This document shows positions 53,701-63,628 of a stretch of 64,000 bases of DNA, one piece after another (position 1 is the first letter of the stretch; each line of letters starts with the position of its first letter). The notes under the pieces were generated by a model. The model saw only the letters and a program-made list of their open reading frames with translations, was not told where the DNA came from and ran no database searches. The translations under genes and the position numbers were made by a program. The stretch spans positions 1 through 64,000 of the forward strand of contig JALJEE010003089.1 in the NCBI GenBank assembly GCA_023231475.1, given 5' to 3'. The DNA comes from Seison nebaliae. Its lineage: Eukaryota.

Positions 53701-55237
53701 TGATTCGGCAATAGAAAAAATAGCAAAGTCGATTCGAATTTTGAAATGTGATGGGAAGAATTCGGGTGAAATAAATATCCTCCAAGATTATCTCCCAAAG
53801 GAATGGGTCGATCTAAAAGAATCGGAGAATAATTCATCTATTCATCTTGTACTTCTACCGAAATTATTAGCTGATTCTATTCGATCAATACAACACAATT
53901 CCTTATTATCATCACCGTCACCATCGTCAATGAAATATCGTCATTCGTCATTAGATTCTGACGGCAGTCATCAATCTACTCGAGTAATAGTCGCATCGAA
54001 ACGTTTCATAAATAATGAAGAAATGAAACAATTCACATCATCTGTCATTCCGATAACCGATAATTTGTTGAATAAGAATCAATCCTCTTTCTCTAAACAA
54101 CAACGAAAACAATCGAAGAAATTCCCTCAAAAAGCATCAACCTCAACTCTACATAAATCGACCAATTTATTAAATTTGAACGAAATGAAAGTTCATTTGG
54201 TTAGAATTAACAAATTTTTTTTTATGAAAAAATAATTAACAAAAAATCCTTTAACTAGAATCGATCCGATCTACTACACAATGAACAAGTGTCAAATACG
54301 AAAATTATATCAGAAATTTATTTCAATCGATTATTAACAACAAAAGTTTTCCATTCATTATTTTTCAATTTTAATTCATTTCATTATTTAGAATGCATTA
54401 ATTCCAATAATCGATCATTTATTTCATTGTATGATTGGAATAAATAATTATAATAAAGACACGACGACTCATTCGGAAGAATTCGTTCAATTTCAATCAC
54501 TTCCTCCTTTAGTCATTCGGTACTTTTTCCAACTTTTCAATCAACTTGCTTCGAACATCGAGTTACCCAGTGAAATTATTAGAGTTTGGATGTCGAATTG
54601 GTTAATTCTTTTAAATTCGAACTCTCTTCTAACACTCTAAAATGTTTTCTTTCAGTTTCTCCTTAAGAATTTGGATTAACGTTATTAAGAATCCTGAGAC
54701 ACTTATCCGAATGGAGAATTATGGAGAATGTGATAATAATGTCTCCATCATCTCTCAAGCTTATATGGACGCATTCTCTATAAGTGATACGAAATTGAAT
54801 GAGAATTCAGCCACAAATAAACTTCTGTTCAATAAACAAAGTGTTCGATATCGTCAATTAATTTCAACATATTATCGATATCTCGAATCTTTGAATGAGA
54901 TTCCAGAGAATGATATACTGCACATCTGTCAAGAAATCAGTGAGAACTTCCGAAAAGAATTGGGCAATTATGAATCATCAAATCTCATATCAATTCTTTG
55001 TGACATCCTCTACCACAACTTCATTTTACCGAATGCTCAACAAGTTATCTCATTAAATTATTTCAAATAAACTTTTTATTCTCTTTACAGATTCGACAAA
55101 CTTTGAGGGAAGAATCAATAAAATTCGGACCAGAATACAATGAATTTAACAGACTATCAAAAATGTTCGATCAGTTGAACAGTATCGTGAATAATGAAAT
55201 GGTTCCCGAAGACGAATTGGACGAAATTGTCGTTTAA
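47795..55237 (+). CDS. Plexin (semaphorin receptor); introns 54200-54258, 54346-54391, 54601-54655, 55044-55090
   Basis: Signal peptide, three PSI Cys clusters (C..C....C.W), IPT repeats (P.SG..SGG..I...G), TM helix, and GAP motifs LFRRNDSIVEK, SEIYFNRLL.TK, WMSNCFSLRIWINVIKNP and NKLLF. Confidence 0.92.
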
Positions 55238-55629
55238 AAAATTTCGAATTTCCATCTAAAACTTTATTTATTTTCTTAATTCAAACTGTAAATAAAGTCA
55301 ATTATAGTTTCTTTGAAAAAAAATTTCATGTTTAACTACTAGGTGAAAAGTCAATTTCATATATTACTCATGTCAATTTCAAAAAAAAGTTTTATTGATT
55401 TTTTTAAACTGACAAATTGTGAGACTCAAATTTCATATTTATCATAATTTATTCCGTAGAGTGTTTAAGTTGAGAATGATTAGAAAGAGTTTTTGAAGAA
55501 TTTTCAATTTCTATTTTACAAAATTTATCGTAATTTGTTTTCGAGAATAATTTGGAGATAATTCAAGAAATTACTTTAGGAAAAAACATGTGAAATATAC
55601 CGAAATACACAAACGAAAAAAAATTATTT

Positions 55630-56862
55630 CTAATATGTTTTATCTGTCCGGACGTTGTTGTGAGTTGAGGAGGAATTTCTCTTGTTATCGATTTGTTGAG
55701 GTTTATATCCGGTTTTCGGCCTTGCAGAACCATCAAATTGATGATTAGCGAATGAATTAGAGAGTGCAGCGCAATATTCCTTTCTCTTCTTCTTATTGTA
55801 AAGTAATCGTTTATCTCGAATCATTTCTCGTTTTAACAGCGACAATGGATCATTTACCTCATTTCCATCATTCGGTTTGTTAGATCGATGATTTGTTCGA
55901 TTTCCATTACCAGACGCGTCCGTTGGAGTATTTTGGGGTTTCTTTGAATTGTTTTCTGTTTGAAATTTCTGATAAAGTTCCTTCAGTTTCTGTTTACTTT
56001 CTGATTTTACTCGAGTAGTCTGTTTAGATCTTTTCTTCTTTAAATTATATTCATCCAAATATGGAAATTGTTTAGATTTTCTATATTTCTTAGGCAGGAG
56101 ACATTCACTGCCGCTCGTAGTTAACCGTTTAGTATCAACATTATTCATGAGGAGATCTTCATTCGATATTTTCGATGAAACTGAATGCATATTATCTTCC
56201 GTACAAAATTTAGTTAAAGGAAATTCAATCGGTGCATCGATTTCTAGATCTGTTCCAAATTCGCTGTAAAACATCACATGTTTCTCCGTTCCCTTTTCTT
56301 TCCCAAAAATATCATATGCCATTTTATCAGTAGGTTGTGCTCGATGGAACTTTCGTATTTCACGAGCATGTTCCATGTGATAATCGGCAATGTTGTACTG
56401 AGGTGGCAAGTTACTGATTCCCGCAAATTCTTCGCCTTCGATAATTTGGAGGACTTTGGCCGGTCGTAATTGACAGAAACAATTAATCTCCGTTTCTTGA
56501 CCATTCGACAACTTCTTCACGTGAATTGTACGAATTTGAGTATTATCATATCGTTTCGGCTGATAGAGACACATTTTACGACCAGTGATCATGTAACCAC
56601 ATCGTTCAATATGACGGAGTAGAATATCGTTGATGGGATCGAAAGTCTTCTCATGCCAACTACATGGTCGATGGTCGGATAGTTTCCGTTGTTGTATCGG
56701 ATGAAATTCGGGAACACTCTGCTTCGGTTTGGGAACATCAGTACCAAAGTAATTGTGCCAGTTAAAGGCGAAAATTTTCGCGTATTTGTTTCGGTTGGCG
56801 GATTGATTGGACGAATGTCTTGGCGTTGAACGGCGCGATGGTTGTCTGTAAACGGAACGCAT
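55630..56862 (-). CDS. Hypothetical basic, hydrophilic protein (410 aa)
   Basis: Long uninterrupted ORF with ATG start, preceded by a pyrimidine tract and CAG acceptor near 56911. No recognisable domain. Confidence 0.7.
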   Translation of the reverse strand: MRSVYRQPSRRSTPRHSSNQSANRNKYAKIFAFNWHNYFGTDVPKPKQSVPEFHPIQQRKLSDHRPCSWHEKTFDPINDILLRHIERCGYMITGRKMCLYQPKRYDNTQIRTIHVKKLSNGQETEINCFCQLRPAKVLQIIEGEEFAGISNLPPQYNIADYHMEHAREIRKFHRAQPTDKMAYDIFGKEKGTEKHVMFYSEFGTDLEIDAPIEFPLTKFCTEDNMHSVSSKISNEDLLMNNVDTKRLTTSGSECLLPKKYRKSKQFPYLDEYNLKKKRSKQTTRVKSESKQKLKELYQKFQTENNSKKPQNTPTDASGNGNRTNHRSNKPNDGNEVNDPLSLLKREMIRDKRLLYNKKKRKEYCAALSNSFANHQFDGSARPKTGYKPQQIDNKRNSSSTHNNVRTDKTY

Positions 56863-57477
56863 ATTGCAGTGGAGTAGACGATTAAAAAATGTGGTAAAGG
56901 CACGAGCGACCTGAAAGTAAAAAAAGAAAAAAGGAAATTTCGATAGAAAAAGAAATTTCCAAAAAAAAATAAGAAAAACGGAAAAGAAAAAAAGGGAAAA
57001 AAGAATATGAAACTTCCCAAATAATTTTCTTTTTTACGTACCCTATTTCAAATCATCTTATGATAGTTTCATTTTCAGTTTTCCAATTTCGATTTTCGAT
57101 TTCGATTTGACATTTCGATTTGTGCTATAATTTTTTTTCGCCATTTCATTTCTCTCAAATGACTTCCAAAACAACTAAAAACGAAACAACTTGTACGTTC
57201 ATATTTTCTTCACAATTTACATCCGTTGTATACAATTAATAAATGTTTATCCCATTCTTCCAATAAAACCTACACACAAAAATCACACAAATCGATCGAA
57301 AAGTAAGATAATTTGGATGATGGTCACTTACTATAAGTTTTTTCAGTTTGTTCACTCCCGTTATATTCAAGTCTTTTCTTGTTCATGCCATTCCTATTAT
57401 TGTTTATGGTATTATATAGTTATATATATATTATACCAAAAATATATCTCAATAGTATACCCTCCATATAGTTGTAC

Positions 57478-57810
57478 ATTTGCACAAAAATCTGATGTTA
57501 CAGAACTCACTGTCACAGAGTGTGAGAGTCACAACTCTAAAGTGAAAATTCTGTGCAAATATGATCCATGACATTTTAACTAACTAATGAAAGGTAAGTA
57601 ATAATAAGATATCTCATATTTCCTATTTCTTGTTACGGAAATTATTGCAATATTTGAACATGTTCAAATTATGAACTTCATATGTCATGGTTTATGTAAG
57701 TTAAAAAACATTTTAAATTTTAAGAAGAAAATTCAGAAGTAGTTCGTATTATTTGAATCGAGGTACTCGAATTTGACTGAAAATAAAGAACTTCTGAAAT
57801 TCTTTCTTAA
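57478..57810. ncRNA. Candidate structured RNA: two long branched or imperfect hairpins
   Basis: ATTTGCACA 57478-57486 / TGTGCAAAT 57552-57560 with nested stems; nested stems across 57720-57810; an 18-bp palindrome at 57652-57669. Confidence 0.35.
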
Positions 57811-58040
57811 TTGTGAAAACGGACAATTAGCACTTGAAGTTTTGGGCTTCTAGTTCGATGTACTTCATTGTAAAGATTAAGTCCCTTGTCTTCCCTGTAA
57901 CATTTACTTCCCAATTCTCATCTATATCACAACAATTCTTAACTTTAGCCTATCAATGACGTGGCACCTTATCATCTTATGACTATAAAAGGCGCAAAAT
58001 GCTCATTTTTTCCAATAGAATTATTATATGTTTTGCTTAA

Positions 58041-58240
58041 ATTATTGAGCGCTATAGGGGGGTAGTTGAAAGCGCAAAATTCTGGTCAAGTTTGTGCTTT
58101 CAACTATCCTTCGTTCTTGGAAGAAGGCAAGCAGCCGGATGCTGTTCAGTGGAGCCAAAGTTCTATAGTGCGCATAGAACAGTTAATGGCTGGCAAGAAC
58201 AGAAAAGGCGCTTACACATCCTATTCGTGTAGGTGAGGGA
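58041..58240 (+). ncRNA. Candidate structured ncRNA, family member 1
   Basis: 21 contiguous pairs 58058-58078/58091-58111 (4 G-U, no mismatch), a branched domain 58113-58200, closing helix 58047-58053/58207-58213, and TATAAA at 57984. Confidence 0.55.
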
Positions 58241-59217
58241 AAAAACAACAAACAATATGGTGAACACGTTCATTGTTCCTAGAACGAAAGATGGAATGTC
58301 AAAATTTGGTAGAAGGATTAACCAAAGAATATATTATAATATAAATAAATTATAATATGGAACACGAACCATTTCCCCATTCAATTAACCGTTTTGGCAA
58401 CTCATTTCGTCATATCAATCTACTCTATGCTAATACTCTACATTCGTATCTAATTCTTCTCCTTTCTCATTAATCTATATATTTTTTTAAAATAAACTTT
58501 AATCTTTCGGAAACTCTTCAACTTGAACACGAACTAATTCTAATTAAAATCATAAAATATTTTACAACATATAATAAAATTTTCATCCCACAATGTTCGA
58601 TTCTATTACTTCTTTTGCACTTTTTGTTACATTTATAGGTTTATCGGAACGTTTTGCTTCTAAATAAAAACTTAATACATTGTAATTTGTTAGATGAAGT
58701 TACATAAAACTACCCATTATATTTCATAACATTCTAACAACATATGAACTTCGAGAAATATAAAATAAATTTAATTTTCTGATTTATCTCACAATTGTCA
58801 GAATTTCCCGTTTGTAAAAGTTCAGTAAAAAATTTTGGTTTAATCTCTACCGGAAAGAAAATGTGAATCCATAATTCCAAATTAAATTTATTTCAGATAA
58901 GAAAAATGGTTTTTTTTTCAGAATTGGATCCTAATTTTTTTGGGCGATTTTCGGTACCCAGAGGTAATAAGTCGAACGTTTGAAAAGGTTGTTGGGGATA
59001 TTCAGCTGAACATTTTTCGAAATTAGCCCCATTTTAAAATTTAGCTTCACATTAAATTAATTTTGGATGAAGCTAAAATTTAGAATATTCAGAATTGTAA
59101 AATGAATTGTTTTTGATAGCTAAGAACATTTGTCAGATTGTCATCGAACGATATTAACGTTTCAATAATTTACAACGTCATTCATACATCAAAATTTTTT
59201 TACTCTCATTATTTTAG

Positions 59218-59652
59218 AAATTGAATAGTGAAGGACCATATAACAAATGGAGATTCGACTAGAGAATTAGAAATAGTCAAATTGGCAATCCTAATGTTGG
59301 ATTAGGTATTGAGGAAGATGAAATCAACATCGGATTCATTTTGCCTTCCACGATCACAATTCGGGACGATGCTGCCAGAGAATTGTCAATTAGAGAGTAA
59401 CCTCTTTGGTCTCCTAATTGACAATTCCTGATAATGGCAAAAGTGGTTGCAATGTTGGAAATCAATGGACAACATGAAGAAAAGGGAAATCAAATGGAAG
59501 TAAATTCTCAAGCGCATTGGAAAGACTGTTCCTTCAGCGTGGAACAGTTGAATAATTTCGAAATAATGAGAATTTCTAGTCAATCTCTAAGAGTCTTCAT
59601 AAAGAACCTTTCTACCTTATCAATTGAACAATATTTTCAACAGTTTACATAA
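59218..59652 (+). pseudogene. Decayed coding exon of unknown product
   Basis: After a TTTTAG acceptor, one frame reads as protein-like sequence for 145 codons with three internal stops (59260, 59398, 59419). Confidence 0.35.
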
Positions 59653-60038
59653 AAACATTTATTCTATTTCCAAACTATTTTCTCTTTTCAATGCGAAAAT
59701 CATTTTGTAAAGTATTTATTATCAAATAAATTATTTATTTCTCTAAATAACAAATCCGATATTTCTTTCCCTCAATTTTATTCGGTTCAAATTCTCATTT
59801 TTTAATTAATTTAAATTAAATTAATTAAGATTAATTTATTTATTGTTATTTTATTATTAATATTTTTAGAGCCAAAATTTAAAAATTATCCAAATGTGAA
59901 AAAGTCATTATAATATTGTACCAATCATTTCTTTTTCCCACTCCCATCCATGTCAGTGAATTGCTGCTTTGCTCAATTAACTAATATAAATAGACGAAAA
60001 AATTCAATAGAATCAATTTACTTTTTTTTAACGTTTTT

Positions 60039-60330
60039 ATTATTGTGCGCTACCCGAGAATTCCAGCGGATTTTTGAGAAAAATGATCTCAATTATCAGT
60101 CAAGGAGATCATTTCCAACTAATTTCGGATATGGTTTCCTCCGAGAAATGATGGTATGGCATTTCCTTCAGAAAAGATGACCCAATCTGCTGACTACCTC
60201 TTTGGAGCGCAGATTGGGTTTATCTGGACAATATCTTGGAGGAAAAAGAGGAAAATTGAAAATGATTGGGAACGAAGTGTCATTTCCAAAAAGGATGATG
60301 GAAATGCCTTCGTTCAATTATTCTCACCCG
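60039..60330 (+). ncRNA. Candidate structured ncRNA, family member 2
   Basis: Perfect stems 60081-60090/60105-60114 and 60180-60190/60209-60219, a long hairpin 60261-60322, two loop-distal complementarities, and the same upstream motifs as the 58041 locus. Confidence 0.55.
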
Positions 60331-60432
60331 TTACTCTAATGGAACATGTTATGGTGGTAATACTCATTCCAAATCAATTTTTTACGGAATTTCTTATACT
60401 CTCTACTCTCAAACAAAAAACGCCAATTACAC

Positions 60433-60540
60433 CTTTTCCAAATCAATTTTTTAACAAAAACTTGAAAATTTTCCAAATCATTTTTTTAACAAAAATAAAA
60501 AATTTTCCAAATCATTTTTTTAACGAAAATAAAAAATTTT
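60433..60540. repeat. Approximately 35-bp tandem repeat x3 (TTTTCCAAATCAWTTTTTTAAC...)
   Basis: Three adjacent copies plus a partial copy near 60367. Confidence 0.8.
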
Positions 60541-60744
60541 GAAAATATTATAAAAAAAAACGACGTTAATTCAGCACTAAATTTCAATATATGTAATAGA
60601 ATACTAATTGCTAAATGAATAGGAAGAGAATGAGTAACAACGAGGAAAGCATAATGTATTAAAATAAACTATAAAAAAAAGGAAGAACGATTAATTGGAG
60701 GAGACGATAGAAAAATGAAGAATAAATTACTAAAATGGTATTTT

Positions 60745-61875
60745 TTAATTTTCCTGATCTAAGCGAAATAAAACGTCTTCTATGATATCTTCAGCGTAAG
60801 ATAAAGATTTATTGTTTTGTGCAAATCCTAAATGACCACCGCCATCGATAAGAATGAGTGCCAAATTTTCGTTTTGTTTGATATGATCGAATGGAATGGC
60901 TGATTCCGGAGAGAAATCGTCATCATTGGCATTGATGAACAATGTTTTCGTTTTGATTAATTCTACTGATTTGATGAGTAGTGCATCATTATAATATTCG
61001 TCTACATTTCGATATCCGAAAAGTGGAGCTGTCAAAATATTGTCGAATTCCTTAACAGTTCTCGTCTTTTGTATTTGAGTAAAATCGACAAGAGACATAT
61101 AATGAGTGGCATGATATTTTTTCACCATCTCTTTCAGATTATTTAATAGATATCGAATATAAAGGAAATTGTTAATGAAACCATCGAGATTCTCACTCGT
61201 TTTGAAGAGATCGAAAGGTGACGAATTCATAATGGCACAATCGATCGGAGTGTTTGGTGTTCTTCTCAAATAATTACCTAACAATAATCCACCTAACGAA
61301 TTGCCAATAACATAAAGTTTTTTTGACTGATTGAATTCTTTTTTAACATAATCAATAACATTCACTAAATCATCGATATATGTAGCGGAATAAGATTTCA
61401 TCGTTTTCAATTCACATTTAATTCCTCGATAATTCATCACAACAATTCGCATCAAATGTTCTTCCGACATTCGTTTCGACAAATGAGTAATATATGTCGC
61501 ATTACTATTACCAGTAAGTCCGGGAAGTATGAGAATGGTGGAGGAAATGGGATCGGAATTATCGACGATATCTAACGCCAATTGACCACCATCATCGAAT
61601 TCGATAATATGTCGTCGATAGACGGGACGAATTCGTCTTCTAATATACGACGTGCCGATCGTGCTAAAATACGAATTGAAGAACCAAAACGGAGAATTGG
61701 CATAACCATCAACGACTGGTGCACTCTTATTCAAAAATTGATTCCATGTTGAATTGGCATTTGTGAAAATTTGGGTCTTTCTTGTACGCAAAATATTTCT
61801 CGTCAACTTTATCAAAAAATAGCAGAGACAGATGACAATTAGCAAGGAAATAAGGGAGCAATAATCGATTGCCAT
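60745..61875 (-). CDS. ABHD1/2/3-type alpha/beta hydrolase (phospholipase-like), intronless
   Basis: N-terminal TM helix, DGGQLALD, LPGLTG, NYRG, nucleophile GNSLGG, NANDDDF and GGHLGF. Confidence 0.9.
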   Translation of the reverse strand: MAIDYCSLISLLIVICLCYFLIKLTRNILRTRKTQIFTNANSTWNQFLNKSAPVVDGYANSPFWFFNSYFSTIGTSYIRRRIRPVYRRHIIEFDDGGQLALDIVDNSDPISSTILILPGLTGNSNATYITHLSKRMSEEHLMRIVVMNYRGIKCELKTMKSYSATYIDDLVNVIDYVKKEFNQSKKLYVIGNSLGGLLLGNYLRRTPNTPIDCAIMNSSPFDLFKTSENLDGFINNFLYIRYLLNNLKEMVKKYHATHYMSLVDFTQIQKTRTVKEFDNILTAPLFGYRNVDEYYNDALLIKSVELIKTKTLFINANDDDFSPESAIPFDHIKQNENLALILIDGGGHLGFAQNNKSLSYAEDIIEDVLFRLDQEN

Positions 61876-62914
61876 TATCAATTATTACATCAAAGCTAAA
61901 CTCACAAATTCTTCATTTAATCAAATCAACTTTCTCACTAATGTCAAACAGAAAATGAATTATAATCGAATTTCACTTATCAAATTTCATTATGGTCCTT
62001 TCCATTTCGTTTTAATTTGAACCTGTTCGGTTTCAATTTCCAACTTCTCCTTTTTCAACTCATTTTTCTCATAATTCCCAAATTAATTTCGGACTCTTTA
62101 ATTTGTGCCGATGGAAAAAGTTCAAATTATCTAATTCGTCACATAACATTATTTAATAGGACAATTGAACAATTGAGAGTTGAAGTTGAAAGTTGAAAGA
62201 AATGAGAGAAAACTTAAAAAAGATTCGAATAATATACATATATTCGTATATTCTATATTGTATATTGATAGTTAGGTAGGACATTTTCCATAGATATGTA
62301 TTAGAAAATAATCGTCAATTTTAATGTATTGATATAATAAAATGAAAAGTGCGTTTGGTAGTATTACTACCCATAGAGAAGGTACTAGTTAAAATTGAAG
62401 AGATAATTATATCTAATATAAGAATGTTGTTAATCGAATGAATGTGAAATCAACAACATGTCGACATGTTGAAGAGATGAAATATATTTATATTATTTAT
62501 GAACTCTACCAACCACATTACTCTCATACAACTGCTGTATAACCGTCTGCTCATATTGAATAATAACTACTTTTGTGAAAATAACAAATTTTGTCTATTA
62601 CTCGTTTCATTCGAGTTCGTTCCTCCAATTGGACAATTTATCATTTTGGATTCATTCTTATAAAATCCTTTTGACGGGTTTCTCTTTTGGGTAGGAAAAT
62701 ATTGGCATTTATTAATACTCATATTTTGGAAAGAATCATCAGTCGAAATGAAAGAAGAGTGAAAGAAGAAATTAATTTGGAGAATATCTCGAATTTGAAC
62801 GGGAGAAAATGATGAATAATAATTAATTACATCTGGATTAGAAATTCTAATTTAGACTGAATATTTATGAAAATATTTTATTGGAAAAATAAAAAAGAAT
62901 CGTTACATGATGAT

Positions 62915-63300
62915 GTCCGCTGAGCGGACTCCGCTCATTTCTCTTCAATATCTGTTTTTTAGCATCAATGTTTTTACCTTCGAATATTTTCTAATTGTTT
63001 GAGAACGAACTTTTCGATTGTGGACAGTTATTTCTGTCGGACATTTATCTCATTGGTATTTAAAGAAGTTTTTCCTTTATTCAATAACAGTAAACAGATG
63101 TTCGTAAATTTTGATGATATATTCGAATTAGAAAATACTTAATCTAATTTATTGCACTTGTCACATGCTCCGTTAAGTTCTGAAAAGGATTTGAACGTTT
63201 TCCTAAGGACAATTGGAGAGAGAAGAAAAAATTCCTCAAAATAAAAAAAAGTCGTTTGTTGTTTAGTGGAGCGAGCCAGTGGTAATATGTTGTCCGATGA
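62915..63300 (+). ncRNA. Candidate structured RNA (unassigned)
   Basis: Overlapping palindromes 62915-62936, a 12-bp inverted repeat 62985-62996/63126-63137, TCGGACA 63037 / TGTCCGA 63291, and GCTCC 63167 / GGAGC 63268. Confidence 0.35.
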
Positions 63301-63628
63301 AGTGGTGGATTCTCTATCAATAAAACGTATTTATATCACCAAGATCTATGAATGCTTATATGCATAGTTGGATAAGATTGATGAAAGAACCATTTTATTT
63401 TGATGTAAAAAAATAAAGAATACCTTGAATGGAAGGTCAACAATAATTTCACCATATAAATAGATGTAATAGGAGTTCGTAATGACGATATTCTCCATTA
63501 AACTTCCTATTACTTTTCACAATTCTTTCTTTTTTCTTTAAGAGGCATGTTCAGTTGGGAAGAGTTTTAATGAATAATTCTAAATTGAAAATTTTGTTGG
63601 AAAGTTGGAGTAGATATTGTAAGAACAA

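Noticed and set aside
58120..58200. Resemblance to group I intron Q/R/S elements or SRP helix 8 (GGAAG..AGCAGCC)
   Set aside because: No P3 strand or G-binding pair, and no CAGG partner for SRP helix 8.
59218..59652. Stop-codon reassignment suggested by in-frame stops
   Set aside because: All three stop types occur, and conserved genes in the window translate and terminate normally with the standard code.
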